50,541 bases of DNA. Origin: a virus. Lineage: Duplodnaviria > Caudoviricetes. The DNA lies in IMG/VR virus record IMGVR_UViG_3300049926_000017, positions 1 to 50,541 of that record; one strand, written 5' to 3'. The translations under genes and the position numbers were made by a program. The notes below the pieces were generated by a model. The model saw only the letters and a list, made by a program, of their open reading frames with translations, was not told the DNA's origin and made no database searches. Positions 45,413 to 50,541 of this stretch are shown piece after piece (the first letter of the stretch is position 1; each line of letters opens with the position of its first letter).

Positions 45413-46872
45413 GGCTCCTCGTCCTCGTCAGCGCCTCTCTCGGCTAGCGCCATGGCCCCGAGGAGTCGGACGCCGTGCCACTGGGCGCCGAACTTGGTCC
45501 GGCTCTTCTCGAAGCCCTTCTTCTGCAGGAGCATGGCGAACCGGACCTGCGACATCGGGTCGCCGGGGGCGCCGGACGACGTGTGCCACTGCAGGTAGTT
45601 GTCGTAGGCGACCTGAGACATCACCCGGCCGTCCTTGTCGCGCTCGGCGCGGTCGTTCAGCCAGTTCGCGATGGGGTCGTTGCGCTCCATGAACGCCTTC
45701 GACTGCTCCTTCACCCGCTCGGGCAGGATCAGACCGCCCTTGCCGCTGCTCCACCGGCTGTACCAGATGCTCGCGGCCCACACGAGGATCGAGAGGATGC
45801 CCTCGCGCTCCTGCCAGAGTTTGCCGCCTCGGCCCTTCAGGCTAGTGTCCATGGCGGCGCCCTCATAGGCGTTGCGGAAGTCGGCCACCATCACCCGCTC
45901 GCCCATAGACGGCCCGACGTCCTCGATGCTCGGCAGTTCGTTCGTCAGGAAGTTGATGCTGTGGGTGGCCTCCCACGTCTGGATGTTGTTCGAGTACAGG
46001 GCTCGGGCGGCGATCCGGTCGTTGCCGGTGTGGGCCTTCAGCAGTTCCTCGTTGAACACGCCACCGCCGGGCTCGCTGAAGAAGGTGATGCGCAGGCCCT
46101 TCAACTTGATGAGGTCCGCACGGGCCTCGTTCGACCGGGCACCGCCGTGCTTCGAGCGCATGTACAGGCTCGGGTCGAGTTCGTCGGCGTAGTCGCCGCA
46201 CGAGAAGATGACGGACTCCTTCAGAGCGCCCTTGCCGTTCCGACCGATGCCGGTCATGAGCAGGAACTTCTCCTCCGGGCTCATGCCGAAGAGGCTGGCC
46301 CCGTACCAGAAGAGGAGCCAGTACACCATGTCCTCGTCACCGCTCATCCACTCCCTCATGACCCGCATGAAGACCGGCGCCACCCGATCCATGTCGTCAG
46401 GACCGGTGATGGGGCTGAACGCGACCTTCGTCGTCTTCGTGACGTTCTGCTCGGGCGTCGCCGGGATCAGGGAGTTCTTGCGCAGGTCGATCACGCCGCT
46501 CGGAGTGCCCATGAGGTTGACGTCGGTGTCCCACTCGTCGCCGTCGGTGCCGTAGTCCTTGAACGTGGACAGCGCCTTCAGGGCGCGCTCCTGCGCGGGC
46601 CACTGCAGCAGCGCGAAGAGGCGCTTCTGCTCCGACTCAGCCACTCGATCCTTGCCGAGGGCCTTCAGGACGACGTTGTGGATGGCTTTGTGTGCCTGCT
46701 TGGTCTTGTCGGGCGCCCAGCGGGTGCCGTCGAAGTGATGCCACTGCCCGGCGGTGTGGTCGAACTTCCACGTGTCGTCTAGACGCTGCGCGAGCCACTC
46801 GGCCTGCCTGTAGTCCTCCGGTCCGTTGCCGACGTTCGTCTCTTCGGCGTCTTCGAGGTCTTCCTCAGCCAT
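45409..46872 (-). CDS. D5/P4-family SF3 primase-associated helicase with C-terminal winged helix
   Basis: D5_N GVIDL..TK; Walker A GIGRNGKG; TNELP; LQKKGFEK.R. Confidence 0.92.
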   Translation of the reverse strand: MAEEDLEDAEETNVGNGPEDYRQAEWLAQRLDDTWKFDHTAGQWHHFDGTRWAPDKTKQAHKAIHNVVLKALGKDRVAESEQKRLFALLQWPAQERALKALSTFKDYGTDGDEWDTDVNLMGTPSGVIDLRKNSLIPATPEQNVTKTTKVAFSPITGPDDMDRVAPVFMRVMREWMSGDEDMVYWLLFWYGASLFGMSPEEKFLLMTGIGRNGKGALKESVIFSCGDYADELDPSLYMRSKHGGARSNEARADLIKLKGLRITFFSEPGGGVFNEELLKAHTGNDRIAARALYSNNIQTWEATHSINFLTNELPSIEDVGPSMGERVMVADFRNAYEGAAMDTSLKGRGGKLWQEREGILSILVWAASIWYSRWSSGKGGLILPERVKEQSKAFMERNDPIANWLNDRAERDKDGRVMSQVAYDNYLQWHTSSGAPGDPMSQVRFAMLLQKKGFEKSRTKFGAQWHGVRLLGAMALAERGADEDEEP

Positions 46873-47725
46873 GACCCCTCCGTGCGGACTTGATTGTGCG
46901 AATGGACTCTTCCTTCAGCAGGCCGTTGGCGGTCGCTGCAGCAAACAGGGCCTCGAAGTCCTCTTCCTGACCGCCCTCTTCGCTCAGTGTAGCGGCTGCC
47001 CAGTGCAGATAGGCGTTCCGGTTGCCCTCTTGGGCCTCTTTCATGCCCTTGATGAGGCTGTCATGGCCCGGTTGAGCGTAGTAAACGTGGTCGCCGGGCT
47101 TGTACTTGGGTCCCCACGCCTTGTTTCGGATGGCCTTGGCCGCCATCGCCTGCTTCAGGTCGAACAGGTGGTCCCGAACCTCCTTCAGGAGGGGCTCAGG
47201 TGCCTCGATGGGCGGGTCTTCACCCGGCGGGAGCAGCCATTCGTACGTGTGACCGTCCGGGTGGGCGCTCGGGGGCGCTGCCACGTACCCGCCGTAGCCT
47301 TTCAGGTCGAGTTTCGGCCCCAGTTTGAGGGTGCCGGGGCCTACGAACCCCTCGCCGGACGGCACGAGCAGGTCTGTACTCGGTGCGAACCACAGATGGA
47401 GCCCTCGGCCGGTCTTCGCGACCCATCGGTCGGGCATGTGGGCGTCTCCGGCGAGGTCGCGCCACTGAATGGCACCCTCTTCACCGTCGATGTCCACGAC
47501 CACGTACGGTTCACCTGTGAGGATGCCGATGCCGGTGGTTGCTCGATGGTCCATGAAGGACTCGATGAACTCCCAGTCGGCCTCTGTCTCCGGTTCCCCG
47601 CGAAGGGCGTCGTACAGCCCACGTCGGTGCTTCTGGACGTTCGGCGTCTTCCCGGTCAGGGCGATGACCGCGAGCCCCCGGCTCAGGTAGTCGCCCGCCG
47701 CCTCCGTTAGAGGCGACCGCGTCAC
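46865..47725 (-). CDS. Bifunctional DNA primase/polymerase (Prim-Pol, AEP)
   Basis: IGILTG, VVVDID, TGRGLHLWF, GGYVAAPPS.H, G.RN. Confidence 0.92.
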   Translation of the reverse strand: MTRSPLTEAAGDYLSRGLAVIALTGKTPNVQKHRRGLYDALRGEPETEADWEFIESFMDHRATTGIGILTGEPYVVVDIDGEEGAIQWRDLAGDAHMPDRWVAKTGRGLHLWFAPSTDLLVPSGEGFVGPGTLKLGPKLDLKGYGGYVAAPPSAHPDGHTYEWLLPPGEDPPIEAPEPLLKEVRDHLFDLKQAMAAKAIRNKAWGPKYKPGDHVYYAQPGHDSLIKGMKEAQEGNRNAYLHWAAATLSEEGGQEEDFEALFAAATANGLLKEESIRTIKSARRGHG

Positions 47726-48414
47726 TTGGACTCGCCGGTCGCGGCGCGTCCTGCGACAACGTCCTCACCACCCGAGCGCCAGACCTTCGGGCCGGACAGC
47801 CAACCTTGGTCGAGCATTGCCTCACGCATGTGAGAGTGGGCATGGACGTCGGACGTCACTCGACGCACGGTCAACTCGACTCCGACGGGGCTCAGGCGGT
47901 TCGCCTCGCGCCACTTCGGCTGGGTCATATGGAACTTCTCCAACGTCATACCCAGTGGGCAGCGGACGTCGAGTAGTTCGAGCAGGTACTCCTGAGTTGC
48001 TGGGAGGTCCTTCTTGCTGAACATGTGCAACTTGGTGTCGCTCGCCAGTTTGTCCCCGAGGAGGGGCATGCGCTGCTCGTACAGCATGGCGTTCACGATG
48101 GGAAGGTCGTGCATGATGATGTAGTGGCCCGTGACCATGTCGGCCCGGTCGTAGTCGGCCCGGAACTCTTCGAGCAGGTCGGGCATCGCCATGAGGAACG
48201 GCGGCATGTCCGGGCACTTCAACTCGTGGCCCTTGTGCCAGCAGGGCGGCGCCAACCCCACGACCCGGAGGGTGTCGTGCTCGCCAGCCACCATCCACGC
48301 GATGCTGGTGACCTCGGCGCTAGGCCGGTCAGGCACCCAGTACGATAGCGGCCGGTTCTCGATGTCGAAGTCGAGGATGCGCAGGGTTCGCTGCGGCGCG
48401 TCGAAGCCGCTCAC
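47722..48414 (-). CDS. RNase H-like (DEDD/DnaQ-type) 3'-5' exonuclease
   Basis: ILDFDIE, ADMVTGHY...HDLP, DT, SDV. Confidence 0.8.
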   Translation of the reverse strand: MSGFDAPQRTLRILDFDIENRPLSYWVPDRPSAEVTSIAWMVAGEHDTLRVVGLAPPCWHKGHELKCPDMPPFLMAMPDLLEEFRADYDRADMVTGHYIIMHDLPIVNAMLYEQRMPLLGDKLASDTKLHMFSKKDLPATQEYLLELLDVRCPLGMTLEKFHMTQPKWREANRLSPVGVELTVRRVTSDVHAHSHMREAMLDQGWLSGPKVWRSGGEDVVAGRAATGESK

Positions 48415-48503
48415 AGCAGAACCGTCGCGAGCAGCGACACGATTGCGAACGAGACGCTGACGCCAACGAAGAACCCGATGACGATGCCTTGTCCGTACGT
48501 CAT
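48411..48503 (-). CDS. 30-aa membrane peptide
   Basis: MTYGQGIVIGFFVG...; coupled at both ends. Confidence 0.55.
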   Translation of the reverse strand: MTYGQGIVIGFFVGVSVSFAIVSLLATVLL

Positions 48504-48712
48504 GAGTCGTGAAGAGCGTTGGCCTCGCGGAGCATGGCTGCCACTTCGGGCAGGACCCCACGGGACACGGCCACGTCGAAGGCGCGCTCCAACGACGGGA
48601 GCAACTCGTTCAACTCGGCGTCCGCTTCGAGCGAGTGACGGAGCCGGACCGCGCTGCGGGCGGCCTTGAAGAGGGCGCGCTTGCGCAGTTCGATGTCGTC
48701 CTTGGGTGTCAT
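48500..48712 (-). CDS. Hypothetical protein
   Basis: RBS AAGGAG; ATGA coupling. Confidence 0.7.
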   Translation of the reverse strand: MTPKDDIELRKRALFKAARSAVRLRHSLEADAELNELLPSLERAFDVAVSRGVLPEVAAMLREANALHDS

Positions 48713-48894
48713 GCTCGCTCCTTGGCGTCTTGCTTGATGTGGGTCGTCTGACCCTTGGCCGTTCCGTAGTACGCCGCCTGCGCCCTGCGGTGGGACTCGC
48801 GTCGGCACGCCAGACACCGACCGTCGCTGGTCATGCCAGTCAGGGCGAGGCAGTGCCTACCGCTGCGGCAGATGCGATGTGGTCCGTGATCCAT
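48709..48894 (-). CDS. Small Zn-finger protein (C..GRH..CLAC)
   Basis: RBS CAGGAG; finger resembles those attached to HNH proteins. Confidence 0.65.
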   Translation of the reverse strand: MDHGPHRICRSGRHCLALTGMTSDGRCLACRRESHRRAQAAYYGTAKGQTTHIKQDAKERA

Positions 48895-49045
48895 GGTGCT
48901 CCTGTGTGTTTGTTCCCCGACACCCTCGTCGGCTAGGGAAAAAAGACCTGTGAAGGCCAAACGCGTGCCTGTTCACGAGGGCTGCGAGTGGTACCGGCCT
49001 AGGACCGGGTATCGGGGCAGCGGCGGACTGCCCCGTGGAATGTGC

Positions 49046-49552
49046 CTAGCCCGTGTAGGGCTTGCCCTTCTGGCCGCCCTTCGGAGCGAACAGCGCCCCG
49101 ATGCCCGGCCAGCCGGAGTCCTTGATGAAGACCTCACCCTGAACGACACGGCCGACGAGCCCACGTGGCGCGTCCTCCTCGTCGTCCGGCGTGGACTCAC
49201 CGTTGAGGAACGCGTCGTACTCGGTCTTGGTGAGGATGGCCTTCAGGAAGAGGACCTCCGCAGGGACCGTCTTCGACTGGGTGTTGAACCCGACGCCGAC
49301 CAACTTGTTGACCTCGATGGGCTTGCCCTCGTTCTCGCCTTCCTGCCAGAGCAGGAGGCCGGGCGCCTCGTCGTCGTTGCTCGCGACGTAGAAGGTCAGT
49401 TCGAGTTTCGGGTCGCCATCGACCTTGTTCTTCGTGAACTTGCCACCGGCGATGGTCTTGGCTTCGGTTCGGACGTAGACGAGGTCATACCCCGCCGACT
49501 CGATGTTCTTGGGGGCGTCGGCGCTGCCGGACCCGGCCTGATAAGTGCCCAT
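49046..49552 (-). CDS. Putative ssDNA-binding (OB-fold, DUF669-like) protein
   Basis: First gene of the replication operon; AGY..LTF..LVGR.V..V pattern; RBS AAGGAG. Confidence 0.55.
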   Translation of the reverse strand: MGTYQAGSGSADAPKNIESAGYDLVYVRTEAKTIAGGKFTKNKVDGDPKLELTFYVASNDDEAPGLLLWQEGENEGKPIEVNKLVGVGFNTQSKTVPAEVLFLKAILTKTEYDAFLNGESTPDDEEDAPRGLVGRVVQGEVFIKDSGWPGIGALFAPKGGQKGKPYTG

Positions 49553-50541
49553 TCGGACTCCTTCTTCACCCGGTCCATCTGACCGGTGTGTATCCACATT
49601 CTACCACGGGACCCGTCGTGGACCATGACCCGCTACCCGCCGACTCGACATCGAGTCAGGGGTTTCGACGCCTCGACGACCACGGTAGGTGCCCCGGGTG
49701 GACGCTCGCTCATAGGCTGCGTCGGTCAGGTGGGAGGCTCTGCCGTCGGTCGTTTCGGTGTCTGGTTCCCACCTTACCACCCGGGTCAAGTCGATCCCTT
49801 GGTGACGGGTCTGGTGACGGGTTGTGACGGGTATGACGGGTTAGTCGGAAACTCCCTATACGAGAAACAGCCTGACTACTCTGGGGTAATGCCGTCACCC
49901 CCGTCACCTTTGTGCTTGGCAACCCGTCACCCTAGCCCTCATTCGTGCCCTGCTGACTTTCAGAAGCACCCCTCGATTGTGGTCGATGGGACCCATCAGG
50001 AGTGGTCGGTCGGTCAGAGGGGTCCCCGGCATGTCCGCCGCCGCCACCGGGCCGCAGAAACCTCCGGGGTACCGGGGTGGCACCGAGACTTTCGCCGACT
50101 CCGGCGCGCCACGGTGTGTGGTGCCAAGGCACTGTGTGTGGTGTGGCGAGGGAGGCATGGTGCATCGAAGCAACACTGCTCCTCGACCTAGCGGACACAC
50201 CACCACCACTCACCACGCACAGAACTAGGCACGGTGAGTAGCACCCTACTGCCACGATCCCCATGCTGAACGGGTCAGCACCGGCCAGCCGACCAACGCC
50301 CTTCCACGGGGCGAAGCCCGACGCGAAGGGCGTGCTGACTCGATGTCGAGTCGGCGGTGTTCTCAGTGCGCGCGACACGCGCCCCTTCACCCGCAGTTCT
50401 GCGCGCGAAAGGAACCGCGAGCGCACCGGCTTCGCCTCGCAGGCACAACGCGTCACTGAGGCCGATTGTGGTGAGCAGCAACCGACCGAATGAGTCGGAC
50501 GAACCCCGAAGGGGAACCACACCATGGCTCGCAAGTCCAAC
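49276..50541 (+). repeat. Right copy of terminal overlap
   Basis: Near-identical to 1..1278. The junction falls inside a gene, so it is an assembly overlap rather than a physical DTR. Confidence 0.95.

Larger units (their letters stand above)
1..49275. mobile_element. Complete tailed bacteriophage genome (Caudoviricetes), circularly permuted
   Basis: Terminase, portal, capsid, tail, lysis and replication genes are present, no host housekeeping genes were seen, and the ends overlap. Confidence 0.95.

Noticed and set aside
48900-49045. tRNA gene
   Set aside because: No cloverleaf, TTCRA T-loop or CCA end found
1-49275. Temperate module (integrase, CI repressor, ParA) or alternative genetic code
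   Set aside because: No such motifs recognised, and genes are intact under the standard code with all three stops used

Overview
A complete, circularly permuted genome of a high-GC tailed phage. The unit length is about 49.3 kb, and 1..1278 is repeated with variants at 49276..50541. Two arms diverge from a non-coding control region at about 280-1260 and converge near 17.9-18.0 kb. The + arm (1261-17878) carries about 45 small early/middle genes: Zn-finger proteins, two DUF3102-like proteins, a PD-(D/E)XK exonuclease, an HD nucleotidase, a dNMP kinase, a surface-anchored protein and a holin-like protein. The - arm carries replication genes (SSB-like, RNase H-like exonuclease, Prim-Pol, SF3 helicase, VRR-NUC), terminase, portal, two very large ejection-type proteins, scaffold, capsid, Dit/Tal-like and fibre proteins, and a peptidase endolysin. 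I recognised no integrase, DNA polymerase, tail tube, tape measure, tRNA or CRISPR array. The strongest unexplained signal is a palindrome, GACTCGA-NN-TCGAGTC (usually GCY...RGC flanked). It occurs at six dispersed sites: five are intergenic and one lies inside a DUF3102-like gene, suggesting a phage protein/operator or parS-like system. Other signals are an iteron-like origin, two repeated promoter classes, a peptidase-in-peptidase domain in the 2316-aa protein, and avoidance of several restriction sites. All family calls come from motif recognition by eye, not from database searches.
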